Of a stretch of DNA of 64,000 nucleotides, positions 26,918-42,260 are shown in pieces. The notes under the pieces are model-generated. The model was not told the origin of the DNA. It did no database searches and saw only the letters and a program-made list of their open reading frames with translations. The number at the start of each line of letters is the position of its first letter. The first letter of the stretch is position 1. Position numbers and translations under genes: made by a program. The DNA comes from Octopus vulgaris (Eukaryota): NCBI GenBank assembly GCA_951406725.2, contig OX597818.1:22568001-22632000 (forward strand), read 5' to 3'.

Positions 26918-27370
26918 CATACATATATATATACATATATATATTATATACAAATAATATATGAGTGAGAGAAAAGAGAGGCAGAGAGAAAAAGGGGAAA
27001 GAAAGAAAATGGAGAGGGAGATAGTATCAGGCAGCTGGTCTGACGTACGGCACAAACGCATACATACAGAAGGAGAGATGGAGAGATGGAGAGAGGGTAT
27101 CAGATAGCTGGACTGATGTAAGCAAATATATACTGAGAAACTAAGAGAGAGAGGGAGAGAGGGGGGAGCGTGGGAGAGAGAGGGAGGGAGGGACGGAGGG
27201 AGGGAGAGAGACATCATTAGACAGCTGGACTGATGTACACACAATCATAGATGTACACACCGATAAAGATAGACTTATATGCATGCACACACACACACAC
27301 ACATACACACACACACGCACAGACATTCACACAGAGAAAACGGGAAAGTATCAGACAGCTGGACTGACTG
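26757..27370. repeat. Six dispersed copies of a quasi-palindromic motif TATCAGACAGCTGGACTGATGTA
   Basis: Copies at about 26758, 26812, 27025, 27098, 27216 and 27349, separated by GA/CA/TA tracts. Confidence 0.85.
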
Positions 27371-27419
27371 ACAACCTAACTTCTGACTGACTCATTGAAT
27401 GAGTGAATCACATACCTAG

Positions 27420-28210
27420 CTTAGCTTAGTGATAATGATGGTGGCGGCGGCGGCGTTGTTGTTGATATAGCGGTAATGAGAGTACAGCAAGGGGGTGGTA
27501 GTGGTATTAGTAGGGAGAGAGAGAGTGGTGGCAGCGATACGTGTGGTGGTGGTGGTGGTAGTGGTGGTAGTGGTGGTAGTAATAATACGCGTGAGGGTAG
27601 AAGTGGTAGTGTAGAGAGGAATGGTGGTTCAGTGATGTCGGCGGCCGTACAGCGACGTTGACAGTTTGGTGGTGGAGAAGGGGTGTCACGTTAAGCCTAA
27701 GGTTCCTTCCTCTCCAATATCACCACCACTACCACCTTGGACAATCACCTCTATGATCATCATCGCTATTACATTCACCACTACAAACAATGTCCCCCTC
27801 CAATACCCATCATTCTATCAGCACTCCTCTCCCTCCTCTGGTCTTCCTTCTTCCACGCTTACCCACTCTCTCACTCACTCACTCGCTCACTCACTCACTC
27901 ACTCACTCACTCGCTCACTCACTCACTCACTCGCTCACTCACTCACTCACTCGTTCTGTCTCTTTGTTTCTCACTCACCGTTACTTGAATTTATACGGTT
28001 GGGATAGCTTTTCTTGGATAGTGAGAATTTGGTAGTGAAAATGACGGTAGGGGGGGAGTGGTATAATGACGAGAAGGAGAAGAGGGGATGGCGGACTCCT
28101 TTTTATTTTTTCGCCGCTTTCTCCTACCACCGCTGCCGACGCCGCAACACCGCCGCCACCACCACCACCACCACCACCACATCCACCACCAATGAACGTG
28201 TTCTCTCTAT
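27420..28210 (-). promoter_or_regulatory. GC/CpG-rich island, candidate promoter and non-coding first exon of a minus-strand gene
   Basis: Locally GC/CpG-rich and TE-free; YY1-like GATGGCGG at 28087; minus-strand donor AACG|GTGAGT at 27979/27978 and a second G|GTAAGC near 27860. Confidence 0.4.
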
Positions 28211-28807
28211 CAATTACTCTGTTGACTTCATATTTTCTTCATTTCCCTGCCTCTCGGTCTCCCTCTCGTATCTCTCTCTCTTTCTATCTGTCTTTCTGTC
28301 CATCCATCCATCCATCCATCCATCCATCCATCCGTCCGTCCGTCCGTCCGTCCGTCCGTCCGTCCGTCCGTCCGACTGTCTGTCTGTCTGCCTCTGTTTG
28401 TCTCTAAATACAAACAAGCACAAACAGTTTTCTGCTTTGCTTTTTCTATTTCTCTCCACTTTCCCTTTTTAATATATATATATATATCTATATCTCCAAA
28501 CACATACTTACGCACACACACACACACGTTTCCCCATCACCAATCTCTCCCTATAACTTTTCACCTTTACTAGACGTTTTACGATATAAATGACATTTCT
28601 TGGCTACTATGTATATATGACGTGTTTAGTGGGAAAGGAATCAACTCATTAGAAAACCGTGATGACTTAAAGCGCGGCTCGTGTGTTTCGTGCGCTTGGA
28701 AACGATAGGTGACGGTAGATGGGTAGGTAAATGGCTGGTTGATGGAGAAATGGGTATGTAAGTGTATGAAAGATGGTGTTTGCAGTCTACAGATCGCTGT
28801 TTTATTA

Positions 28808-28917
<110 letters not shown>

Positions 28918-28990
28918 TAAATATATATATATATACACACATACATACACGCATATATATATATACATACATATAGACATATTTTATATA

Positions 28991-29060
<70 letters not shown>

Positions 29061-29181
29061 TAAACATACATTCATACACACACATACATATGTGTGTGTA
29101 TATATATATACAGATACACATATACATACATATACAAATGCCGTTTTATTAAATATATATACATATATATGTATGTATGTA

Positions 29182-29217
<36 letters not shown>

Positions 29218-29218
29218 T

Positions 29219-29309
<91 letters not shown>

Positions 29310-29553
29310 CTTACAGAACACTGTTTTATTATAAATCAATACACACATTATTCATATAAATGCCAACTAACAATGATAGATGTACATAATAAATATATCG
29401 AAATGTTTTCTACACACCCATACTTGCAAAATAGTAAATTACACACACACACATACGACGCACACATACACACCAACACTCACAGACACGCACACGTACA
29501 CACATATACCGGATATATGTACATCTTTATAATGTCTTAGAATGTATGCATAG

Positions 29554-29584
<31 letters not shown>

Positions 29585-30291
29585 TGTATGTATGTATGTA
29601 TGTATGTATGTATGCATGTATGTATGCATGCATGTATGTATGTATGTATGTATGTATGTATGCATGCAAGCATGTATGTATGTATGTATGTATGTATGTC
29701 TGCATGTATGTATGTATGTATGAGTGTGTGTATATGTGTGTGTATATATATATATTGCTATTATTTGGGAATATTCATCTCGTCACCCACAAATGCATAA
29801 ACATATAAATGCATAAACATATATAAAGTTTTGTGTGTGTGTGTATATATATATATGAATGTGTGTATACATACATATATAAATATATATATCTTTATAT
29901 ATATATATTTAAATATATATATACACACACATACACTCACTCACTAAAACACACACACACACCCACATACCACTGTATACATAAATCTGTTGCTCTCCCA
30001 AAATGTACAGAATGGAAAGCAGAGTGTTTAGAAATTATATGTAATATCTCAATAAAAGAAACCAAAACGCAGAACAAACAACAGCAACAACATAAAAAAC
30101 CCAATAACAACAACAATACAATCAACAAACAACAACACAATTGCGCTATAAATATTATCGTGTTTCTGTGATGACATTGCGGTGCTGTATTGGTTTGTAG
30201 TTAACGTTTGTTCAATCTTACTAAAATACTCCCAATTCAGTTAATAGCTTTGAATAACAAAATAACATGCTCTCACAAACATGCACACACA

Positions 30292-30355
<64 letters not shown>

Positions 30356-30407
30356 TACTTACATGCATACATACATACATACATACATACATACATGCGT
30401 GTGTGTA

Positions 30408-30485
<78 letters not shown>

Positions 30486-30519
30486 TAGAAGAAGATATAG
30501 ATGTATATGTATATATATG

Positions 30520-30572
<53 letters not shown>

Positions 30573-30656
30573 ACATACATGCATGCATACGTACATACAT
30601 ATATATATATATATACATACACGTATATATATATATATGCATACATGCATACATAC

Positions 30657-30708
<52 letters not shown>

Positions 30709-31176
30709 ATACATACATACACACATAAATACATGCATACATACAAGCATACATATATACGTACATACATGCGTGCATACGTACATACATACAACGGACA
30801 TGTGGATGAGTGTGTGTGTGGGAGATGTTTGTGTACGTATGTGTGTCTATATGTTTGTGTGTGTATGCGTGTATACGAATTGTCTGGATGTGTATCTGCC
30901 TTGTATTCAGAAATTACAAAAGGAACACCCACAAAACTATATATATATCACTCACCACCTCACATTGAAGTTTGAGCAACATTATTTTGAGAAAAAAAGC
31001 AACTAAATCTCCCTCAAATAATACCCGACTGTCTGTCAAGAGAAAAGATTTGTAGAAAGATAGTCAAAAGCAATTGAGGAGCTACGTCAATCTTTCTTTT
31101 TCTCGCTCCTAGTTTGGAAGAATGGAATACAGAAAGACAGAGAATCAGAGACACATATTCTGAGAAGAACATCAAT

Positions 31177-31230
<54 letters not shown>

Positions 31231-31437
31231 TGTGTGTGTGTGAGAGAGAGAGAAAGAGAGAGAAAGGCAGAGGGAGTGAGCGAGAGAGAGCGATAGCGAT
31301 GATGGTGGTAGTACGTTTGTGTGATATCAAACTTCCTGCTTTCTTTCTCTTCAATGTCTTTTTCATCTGCTTTTCTTTCTCTGTCTGTCTGTCTGTCTTT
31401 CTGGCATGATGAACTATAGAGTGAGAAAGACACTCAT

Positions 31438-31498
<61 letters not shown>

Positions 31499-32091
31499 GG
31501 CAGAGAGGAAGAAGAGAAATGGTAATGATGCTGGTTACCGAATCAAAAGAAACAAATCAAAGCCTATTGCAGCTTTATTCGTATTAAGTAAACGAAGATT
31601 TCTCTCCAGCATTATTTAAGCCGCACAGCTTAAGAAGAGATAATTACTTTATATTCATAGCAACATTAAATAACATATTGGCATACGGTTACGCAACATT
31701 TGTCTCTTAATTTACAAAGTTGTGTTTAGAGACTTTAACATGTCTTTAATGATTAGTTACTGTTGTTTATGTACCAACTCTATTTTTAACGCCAGTTCAT
31801 GCAAAAGTTCTCAACTGAAAATTTATGTAATATTTGGGGTTTTAAACATTACAATAACACTTCCTCAGACTTGCATCTGGGCAGCGCTCTTACATTAAGC
31901 GTCTATTATACTCTGCTTTTTTGCTTATATCGAGAAGAAACAAACAATAAATAAAGATGAAACTGTAAATAGACGGTGAAAAGATGGACACTTGAAACTT
32001 TTGCGTGAATTAGAAAGAAGAGTTGGTGCAGAAACAATTGTAATTGGTCACTAAAGATGTGTTAAAGTCTTTATTTGTCTTCCCATTTGGA

Positions 32092-32122
<31 letters not shown>

Positions 32123-32138
32123 CAAACGTATCTATCTA

Positions 32139-32190
<52 letters not shown>

Positions 32191-32208
32191 CCTATCTATT
32201 GTTACTAT

Positions 32209-32434
32209 GGCGAGCTGGCAGAAACGTTAGCACGCCGGGCGAAATGCGTAGCCGTATTTCGTCTGTCGTTACGTTGTGAGTTCAAATTCCGCCGAGGTCG
32301 ACTTTGCCTTTCATCCTAACGGGGTCGATAAATTAAGTACCAGTTACGCACTGGAGTCGATGTAAACGACTTAATCCCTTTGTCTGTCCTTGTTTGTCCC
32401 CTCTATGTTTAGCCCCTTGTGGGCAATAAAGAAA
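32209..32434 (+). mobile_element. SINE family A monomer
   Basis: GGCGAGCTGGCAGAAACG...AATAAAGAAATA; flanking duplication TATCTATTGTTACTA. Confidence 0.9.
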
Positions 32435-32732
32435 TATATATATCTATCTATCTATTGTTACTATATATATCTCGCTCAGAGGTTTAAAATATATATATAT
32501 TGTATTGTTAATTAAAAGAGAAGAGCAAACAACATACAAAGACGCACTTCGTTGCAAACATCTTGAGTGACCTACTACGAAACTTCATAATAGATTTAAT
32601 TCTGGTCGGAATGACATTTGCATTTCACCCCTAAAAAAAAACTCATGACTACTCTACTTCAATTAATCTATTGTCGATTTTCATTACCCGGCAAAACACT
32701 TCCCTTGAATTCATGCCAGTAGATAAAGGAAT

Positions 32733-33097
32733 ATCTTCTTCTTCTTCTTCTTCTTCTTCTTCTTCTTCTTCTTCTTCTTCTTCTTCTTCTTCTTCTTCTT
32801 CTTCTTCTTCTTCTTCTTCTTCTTCTTCTTCTTCTTCTTCTTCTTCTTCTTCTTCTTCTTCTCCCCCCTCCTCCTCCTCATCGTCTTCCTTCTTTTGTTG
32901 TTGTTGTTGTTCTTCTTCTTCTTTTTGTTCTTGTTCTTCTTCTCCTCCTCTTTCTCCTCCTTCTCTTCTTCTTCTTCCTCTTCTTCTTCTTCTTTTTCTT
33001 CTTCTTCTTCTTCTTCTTCTTCTTCTTCTTCTTCTTCTCCTCCTCTTCCTCTTTCTTCTCTTCCCTTTCTCCCCCTCCTCCTCCTCCTCCTCCTTCT
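32733..33097. repeat. (CTT)n/(CCT)n polypyrimidine microsatellite
   Basis: Direct reading. Confidence 0.95.
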
Positions 33098-33491
33098 GTG
33101 AACTGTCAAAAAATTACATACACGCCCGTTTACAGATATTAATTAAGATTAGCACATCGAAGTGGTTTACTACATTAGTAGCTGTATTAATCTGTGTGTG
33201 ATGTGTGTGATGTGTGTGTGTGTGTGTGTGTAAATATGTATGCATGTATATTATACATATATATATACATACACACATACACACACATACACACACTCAT
33301 ATAATTAATAATATAAGGGTAAGAAAAATTTTAGAAATTTTTACCGCCAGTGGCCTAGTGTGTAGAAAAATTTAGACAATAGACTATATATTATTCCTAT
33401 AAATACAGTGTACATTTAAACACATAAGAGGTATCAATCATAGGATACCTGGCACGCTAGAAGGAATAGTAAAAATCCAAACCCAATAGGT

Positions 33492-33522
<31 letters not shown>

Positions 33523-33527
<5 letters not shown>

Positions 33528-33735
33528 AGAATTCACTAAAAAAGAAAAAAAAAGAAAAAAAAAAAAGACGAAGACAGGTGGTGTAGACAACAAATAGATG
33601 TATTAGTATAACGCTCGGGAAGTGAAAAAGTCTTTAACGTTTCGAGCCGACGCTATTCCACAGAAAGGAACCCAAAAAGAAACAAGGAGAGAAAATAAAG
33701 AATGTGTGGTGGATAGCGATGTATCATGGCGAATA
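33523..33735 (-). repeat. Hammerhead-like repeat family (copy 2 of 3)
   Basis: Minus 33667-33632: CTTT-CTGTGGA-A-TAGC gtcg GCTC-GAAA-CG-TT-AAAG. Confidence 0.8.
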
Positions 33736-33900
33736 TATATCTATATATTCACATACACATACACACACACACACGTACACACACACATATATACGCATAT
33801 ATATATACAGACACATAGAAATGCACACATACATACATGCAAACATACCATATATATATATATATACACACACACACATTCACAAACACTTATATTCATA

Positions 33901-33950
<50 letters not shown>

Positions 33951-33971
33951 TGTACACACACACATATATAT

Positions 33972-34044
<73 letters not shown>

Positions 34045-34265
34045 CTGTGTCTAATTATTAAGAGCCTGCAGCTTAAATCTGCGTTACTTGAAGTTTCATA
34101 AACGTAAGATACTTCTCTGCAACGGGGTGTGGCAACTCCGAATCTTGAAAAAAGGCTGATTGTTCTAAATATTTAACCTCAATTTATGTTGAGTGCTCAT
34201 TTCTTTCGTTTGTACACCTTTTCTGTCTGCTTATCTGTCTGTCTGTCCATCTGACTGTTTGTCTG

Positions 34266-34382
<117 letters not shown>

Positions 34383-34384
34383 AG

Positions 34385-34555
34385 GCTTTTCTTCCCACGG
34401 ATGAACCCAATCTTGTTTTTTGATGTTTTTAAAAAATTTGTTTCTGTGATCGGATTTTTACATTTATTTCTTTTTTTCTTTTTCCATCTTCGAAAAGAAA
34501 AGCTCTACATTTGTATTTGTCCCCTCTGTATTCAGCCCTGAATAAAGAAAGTTAT
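34385..34555 (+). mobile_element. T-rich 3' UTR of a non-LTR element inserted in (TCTA)n
   Basis: AAAGAAAAGCTCTAC.TTGTA.TTGTCCC.TCTGT.T.CAGCCCTG..AATAAAGAAA; same family as 40822-41070. Confidence 0.6.
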
Positions 34556-34760
34556 CTATCTATCAATTTATCTATCTATGTATATGGCAATGAAAGCTAT
34601 ACTAAAAACCATACAATATAAATTCTTGATTTACTGGAATTATTTTCTCTTCGAAAAGAAGGAAGAGAAGCAGTTAGGGGCAAATTGCAACAGCCGCGTC
34701 TCTGAATAAGTAAGAAGAGGAGATAATCTCGAGTATTCAACAATAATCGAAATATATGTA

Positions 34761-35932
34761 CAGGGGTTAGACAAAATAATGGAAGCAGCTCGCATCATAG
34801 AATCATAATTTTGAAATATCTATAAAACCGTCAAAAGCTTGTTTATTTTTATGTTTTTTTATTTATTATTAGTGTTGCTTAATATGTTTTGCTAAAATTG
34901 CTGTTTATTTTCGGATATCATCAGAAAAAGGTAACTAAAATTCATTAAAATGACAGATCTATCGGACTTTCAAAGAGGTCAAATTGTTGGTTCTCGTATG
35001 GCAGGCGCTAGCGTAAAAACAGTCGAAATGTTTGGTATATCAAGGAGTACTCTCTCGAAAGTAATGACAGCCTTCGAGAAAGAGGGAAAACTTCATTGTC
35101 GAAAGAAAACTCCGGAAGAAAACCCAAACTTTCAGATAGGGACCATCGGACTCTTACGCGAATTGTTAGAAAGGATCACAAAAGTACAGCTCCCAAAATT
35201 ACTGCAGATCTTAATGATCACCTCGAGAACCCAGTTCCCATAAGAACTGTTCGCCGGGAGCTGCACAAAGCCGGACTTCAAGGGAGGGCTGCAGTCAAAA
35301 AACCACTACTTTCAAAAACATTGCAAAGCATTTAGAGTGGAGTAAAAACCTACAGAATTGGTTCCTAGAGCAGTGGAAGAATGTGATTTTTCCGGATGAG
35401 TCATCCTTTACCCTATTTCCGACCACCGGCCGAGTATACATGTGGAAACATCCAAAAGAAGCATTTGAATCAGACTGCCTTCTTCCAACTATTAAACATG
35501 GAGGAGGATCTGTGATGATCTGGGGGGGGGGGGGGGCTACATCTTGGAAATCCGCCGGCCCAATGGTTTTCCTTCATGGCAGAATTAATAGTCAAGATTA
35601 TTTAAGCATTTTGTCTGACCAAATTCCTCCTATGGAAGTTGAACATCTTATCTGGCCACCACAGTATCCAAATCTCAATATTACTGAACGTTTATGGAGT
35701 CCACATAAGGAGTCCACAAATAAGGAGTCCACATCCTCCACCATCATCACTACAAGAACTGGAGTCAGTTTTAGCTGAAGAATGGACAAAAATTCCTTTG
35801 GAAACAATTCAGACCTTGTACGGGTCCATACCTTGTAGAATTCAAGGTGTAATTACTGCCAAAGGCGGTCCTAACCCATAATAAAATAAATTTGTTCGGA
35901 ATTTAAGGTGTTTCCATTATTTTGTCCAACCC

Positions 35933-35935
<3 letters not shown>
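34761..35935 (+). mobile_element. Tc1-like transposon, both TIRs present, transposase pseudogenised
   Basis: TA|CAGGGGTTAGACAAAATAATGGAA ... TTCCATTATTTTGTCCAACCCATG|TA; ATG 34950 MTDLSDFQRGQIVG, SGRKPKLS, VIFPDES, KHGGGSVMIWG, WPPQYPNLNITE; frameshifts and loss of the second catalytic D segment. Confidence 0.93.
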
Positions 35936-37020
<1,085 letters not shown>

Positions 37021-37384
37021 TATGTATATGTATATATATATGTATATTCACACGTATATATGTATGTATGTATATGTTTTTATATATATATATACACACA
37101 TAGGGAAAGTGAGCGAGTGAGTGAGTGAACAAGTGAGTGAGTGAACAAGTGAGTGAGCTAAGAAAGAAATATGGGGACAGTCAATTTAATAGTCGGATGT
37201 AACTTAAATAGTATGTGTGTGTGTGTGTGCATATGAATACACATTCACACACAAATACTCATATACACACTCATACATATGCCACGCACGCGCGCACATG
37301 CACACACTCACACATATATAGCTACCATTATCTGTCACAACCAGCAACCCTTAGCTTCGTTGCAGTATTAATAGACTGGTGTTA

Positions 37385-37447
<63 letters not shown>

Positions 37448-37477
37448 TGTATGTATACATACATACACATACAGAAA

Positions 37478-37544
<67 letters not shown>

Positions 37545-38030
37545 GTGCCTGTACGTATAAACACCGTACTTGTGTGCTTATTACATTATGTGATAACTTC
37601 TCATATTTCTATATTACTTCAGCATAACTCCACCCGTCCCTGTTCACCTATGTTTTTCTCTTTCCTTTTTTTTTTAAACCCCGCTTCTAGTAAAGAAGGA
37701 GCAAGCTAATGTATAAGTTAGCTCAGTGAAAAACACCCTTAGAATTCTAAGGGGATTTGCGGCATATAAGTTAAGGGGTGATATACCGAATAACGTATGC
37801 AAAACATTCGAAATTAACTGAAATTTCCCTCTTATTATGCAGCTTAGTCTGTCAAGACACCGTGCAATGAAGTTTATAAAATCTAATAAATCAGTGTAGC
37901 GCGATAAAATGGCGGAGGCGGCTAGGCTAAAAAAAAAAAAAAAAGAAAAGCGGTGGGGGGAATTCTAAAGTTTCGAGTAGGACCCTTTACTGGGAGACTA
38001 TTTTAAGCAGCATAATGTAAAATTCTCCAA

Positions 38031-38467
38031 GGATCTTTTCGGTTTGAACGGCAGTTTTTTTCTAGCAGTGTCATATGAAATTGTCACCCATAATTATGAC
38101 CCTAGTATCGATCTATTGCATTTCAATCTGTTTTATGGTTAGGGTTAGTTAAGGTTAGGGTTAGGGTTAGGGGTGGGGGGAAGGGTATCTTCTTTTCTTC
38201 ACAAATGTAAATAAACCCAATCTGTTTCTTAAACGAGGGAATATTCATACGGCACAGAATGTTTTCACCTCAATAGACGTCATTGATTGGTTGAGATTGC
38301 AGAAATTGAAGAAAAAAACAACAAATATCTTACAAACTATAGAATTTTCTCAATAAAGCCAAGAGAAAAAGATGTTTTATAAACACATTCTACCAGTATA
38401 CGAAGTTTAAAATGTTTTAGCTACCTAGAAATTATGTTAAAAACTGCCGTTCAAACCGAAAAGATCC
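38031..38467. mobile_element. Second copy of the GGATC-TIR MITE, with internal TTAGGG repeats
   Basis: Same TIRs and body as 4887-5304; flanked by a 35-bp direct duplication. Confidence 0.9.
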
Positions 38468-38789
38468 GACTATTTTAAGCAGCATAATGTAAAATTCTTC
38501 AATACTGGTTTCTGTATACAGAACACATAGTTTAGTAGAGGCAAAAATAGATTTTAATCAATAGAAATTAAAGCGGTAATGACAAGAAACGTTATGGGAC
38601 ATTAATGAAAATTCTTCACATGAAGGACTAGAAAGAGAATTTTGAAATTTAAATTGACCTAAAATTGATCTAAAATTGATCTGAAATATAAATTGATCTA
38701 CAATTACAAGGCAGTGGAAAGTGAATCTGACCTTTGATAAATGTTAGGACAACTCCATAGACTCTACCTCAACGAAGTATTATAACCGA

Positions 38790-39325
38790 CAGTGGTTATC
38801 AACTATTTGCACTTCAACGCCCACTTGTCGTCAAATGGCATTTTACAAACGTCCTCTTTCTCACGTTTTGCAGAATAAAGCCAAAAAAAAAAAAAAATAC
38901 AATAAATAAATAAAAAATAAGAATAAAATAAAATTAATCAAAAAATGCAGCATATTATTTTAATCTAACAAAGTTAATTTTGCGCAATGGCTTATCTATA
39001 TTTTCTTATATAATCCCTTTGTTAAATTTTTATGGTGAATACTAAAAAAGTGGGGACTTGTATAATGAAATTATATTGGACTTTGACACATCAACAGTTG
39101 AATTCTTGCTCACAGATGGCACAATGTCTTGTACAAATCTTAATTCGGAGAAAGATTTCATTGAAAATGGGGTTTTTTAAATACGCTGTTACACTTGATT
39201 TAAATATTATATTTAAAAAATCCCAGCACCTCTAACTCATGCGCTCAATTTGCGCCCCTACAGGACCCCCTTGTGAGCTCACAACACCCTCAAAGAGGCG
39301 CTACAGCCCAGGGTGGAAACCATTG
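38790..39325. mobile_element. Old hAT-type MITE
   Basis: Termini CAGTGGTTATCAAC ... GGTGGAAACCATTG. Confidence 0.45.
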
Positions 39326-39908
39326 TATAACGTATTTACTAGTTCCTAGAAAGACTCAGAGGAAATAGTTTTGGTGCAAAGATTATTCACTTAGACAATT
39401 TACAGTAAGGACATTGTAGAATTTCTTAGGGTACCTTCTGTGTGACGAAACATTTAGTCGAGTGCAGGATAACGGATCAATAATAATTGTTAATCAGACA
39501 TAGGTATATCAGAAAAATTACCAGACTAATCAATACAGCCCATCATTAGATCCGGTCCTTGTTACGGTGCCTGCGCCAAGAAGTGCGTGAATGAAATTTG
39601 CTAAAGGGATGCAAATCCAATTTTTTAGTATGTTCAAAACGTTTTCATTGCACCCCAAACATTTTAGAGATTGCGCTTGCACCCCATCTCACTGAACTCC
39701 CTGTTCTCGAGATTATGTCAAAAGGGTTAATGTGTAAGTGACCCCAGTGTTCCAAAGACACTCAAAATCAGCCTGGCAGGGCATGTGCTAAATCTGGCCC
39801 TTTACATAACAGGCCATCTGATGGGTTTCCATGCAGTTTCATTCAGAAGGCTCGAGTGGATACGAGGCTATGATTAAACACATTTTCCCCCAGTCAGCTA
39901 TGCCTACG

Positions 39909-39981
<73 letters not shown>

Positions 39982-40756
39982 GCACAGACACACACATTCA
40001 TGAAGTTTGCATGTTCACTCAGTCCTGCTCAGGGGTATGCATATGCATACATATATATGTACAGACACACATACACCCACACAAACGCACTCACACGCGT
40101 GCGCGTGCACATGCGCACACACACACACAAATACAAAGACATACACATACATGCGCATAGACATGCATTCATACGCACATACGTATTACATGTACACTTT
40201 CACACACACACATACACACGCATGCGTATTCGCATGCACACAGATACACATGCGCACATATACACACATGTATCCAAATACATACATACATACATACATA
40301 CACAAACATGTACATACGCATAAACGCACACAACGCGAATCTACACACACATCCACACACCCTTACATCCACTTATGATGGCGGTGGTATTGGTTGTGGC
40401 AGTAGTAATGGTGGTAGCGGTGAAGGCGGGGTGTTTTGGTGAAGGCGGGGTGTTTTGGTGATGGTATGGTAACAAATGCGGTTACTATTGTAGTTAGCAG
40501 AAGGCCCAACTAGACACACACACACGCACACACAAAAGATAGTCCACCACCACCACCACCAACGCCAGCATCAACACCGCCATTAACACTAGCTAGGATT
40601 CATCTCCTGCACCCAAAGGAAATATAACAGAGCTCGAGGTGAAAGTTGAGGTGGGACAGAGAGGTGAGATTAGTTCAGCCAACCACACTGACCTGCTGTT
40701 GAATGGTAACCTCGGGGTAAATTGGTTTGGGCGGTGGGACAAAGGGTGAGGTAGAA

Positions 40757-40821
<65 letters not shown>

Positions 40822-40824
<3 letters not shown>

Positions 40825-41069
40825 AGTTTCTTTATTGGCCACACAGGGCTGCACACAGATGGGACAAGTTACAAGGTAGAGCTTTTCTTTTGGGGGATGA
40901 AAAAAACAAAAAAACAAAAGAGAAAAAAAAAGGGGTGGCGTAGGTTTTCGATCAAGAGGGATCGTAAAAGGGAAGAAAAGAACAAAAAAAAAATAAATAA
41001 ATAAAAAGAAAAAAAAGAAAAGGAAAAGGAACAAAAGAAAAGAGAAATGAAAAAAGAAGGAAAAAGGGG

Positions 41070-41070
<1 letters not shown>
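40822..41070 (-). mobile_element. T-rich 3' UTR of a non-LTR element inserted in (TAGA)n
   Basis: Minus strand ends CTTGTAACTTGTCCCATCTGTGTGCAGCCCTGTGTGGCCAATAAAGAAAC then (TCTA)n. Confidence 0.65.
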
Positions 41071-41124
<54 letters not shown>

Positions 41125-41144
41125 AGGATAGCTAGATAGACAGG

Positions 41145-41216
<72 letters not shown>

Positions 41217-41618
41217 AGAGAAAGGAGAGAGAGAAGGGGGGATGATCTTGTCAGTTCTTTATGTGTGTACACAGTTGATGTACTTCGTGTATCTATGTGT
41301 GTATATCTGGTAATGTGTGAGTGTAATCGTGTGTGTTTGTGTGTATGTGGAAATGTGCATGGATACTAATGTGTGAATTTAAGTTTGATTACTTGTCTGT
41401 ATGTACTAATCTCTGTGCCTTTATGGCCTAATCTGAGTATTTCTGTGTGGAGAATTGTGTATGTTTATATATGTGTGTATGTGTCATTGTACAAGTACGA
41501 GTGTATAACGCGTGCATGCGTGTGTGAATACGCGCACGCTTCTATGTTTGTGTTTCTGCGTGCAAATGTCGTTCTGAATGAATAGATGTCGTTATGTGTG
41601 AATATGTTTTACTGCAGT

Positions 41619-41670
<52 letters not shown>

Positions 41671-41779
41671 CATATATATATATATATATATATGTACACA
41701 CATAAATGTGTGTATGTGTGTGTGTGTGTGTGTGTGTGCGCGTGTGTGTGTATGTGTACACGCGCGTTTTGCATGTGTA

Positions 41780-42260
41780 TTTGCAAATTCTAATGACCTG
41801 TTTCTCGTTTCAGAGTCTGTCAAAGAGCAGCAGAGAAAATTCCAAACCTGGAAGCATTGTTCAGAGTTCAAAAAGCCTAAAGGTCAACATTGTAAAGACC
41901 AAAGTACTGGATAATAAGAGAAGTACAAAATCCTACTGGCCTCGGGGAAGTGGCCTTGTTTGATATGTAGGAAAGGAGTTGGTAGGAACACTACACTGTG
42001 TACACACGGCACACACAATATACAGTTGGCTATCTGGAAGATTGACGGAGAACTAATAATTCAAATACATTAGACATACAGAGATACTTTACGGTTTGAG
42101 GCACCCATGAAAAGAAGTCTCTAAATTGCTCAAATGGATGACTTGACTTAGAACAATAGTTCCTATCACCTAGGTGAGCTGTTCAAATAGAACTGGAGTT
42201 GGTTGTGGCGATAGATTAGTAGTAGAGTGAGAGTAAAGAAAGTGAGAAAAATTAAACAGT
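41780..42260 (+). pseudogene. Decayed RTE-type reverse transcriptase fragment
   Basis: SNDLFLVSESVKEQQRKFQTWK (YADDL region), SLKVNIVKTKVL, SGKWPCLICRKGVG (Cys-rich insert), then FCYLG-like segments. Confidence 0.75.

Noticed and set aside
38135-38172. TTAGGG repeats as a telomere or fusion scar
   Set aside because: Internal to a MITE present twice in the window
41813-41963. Apparent plus-strand exon after TTTCTCGTTTCAG
   Set aside because: Sequence is explained as decayed RTE reverse transcriptase running through the AG
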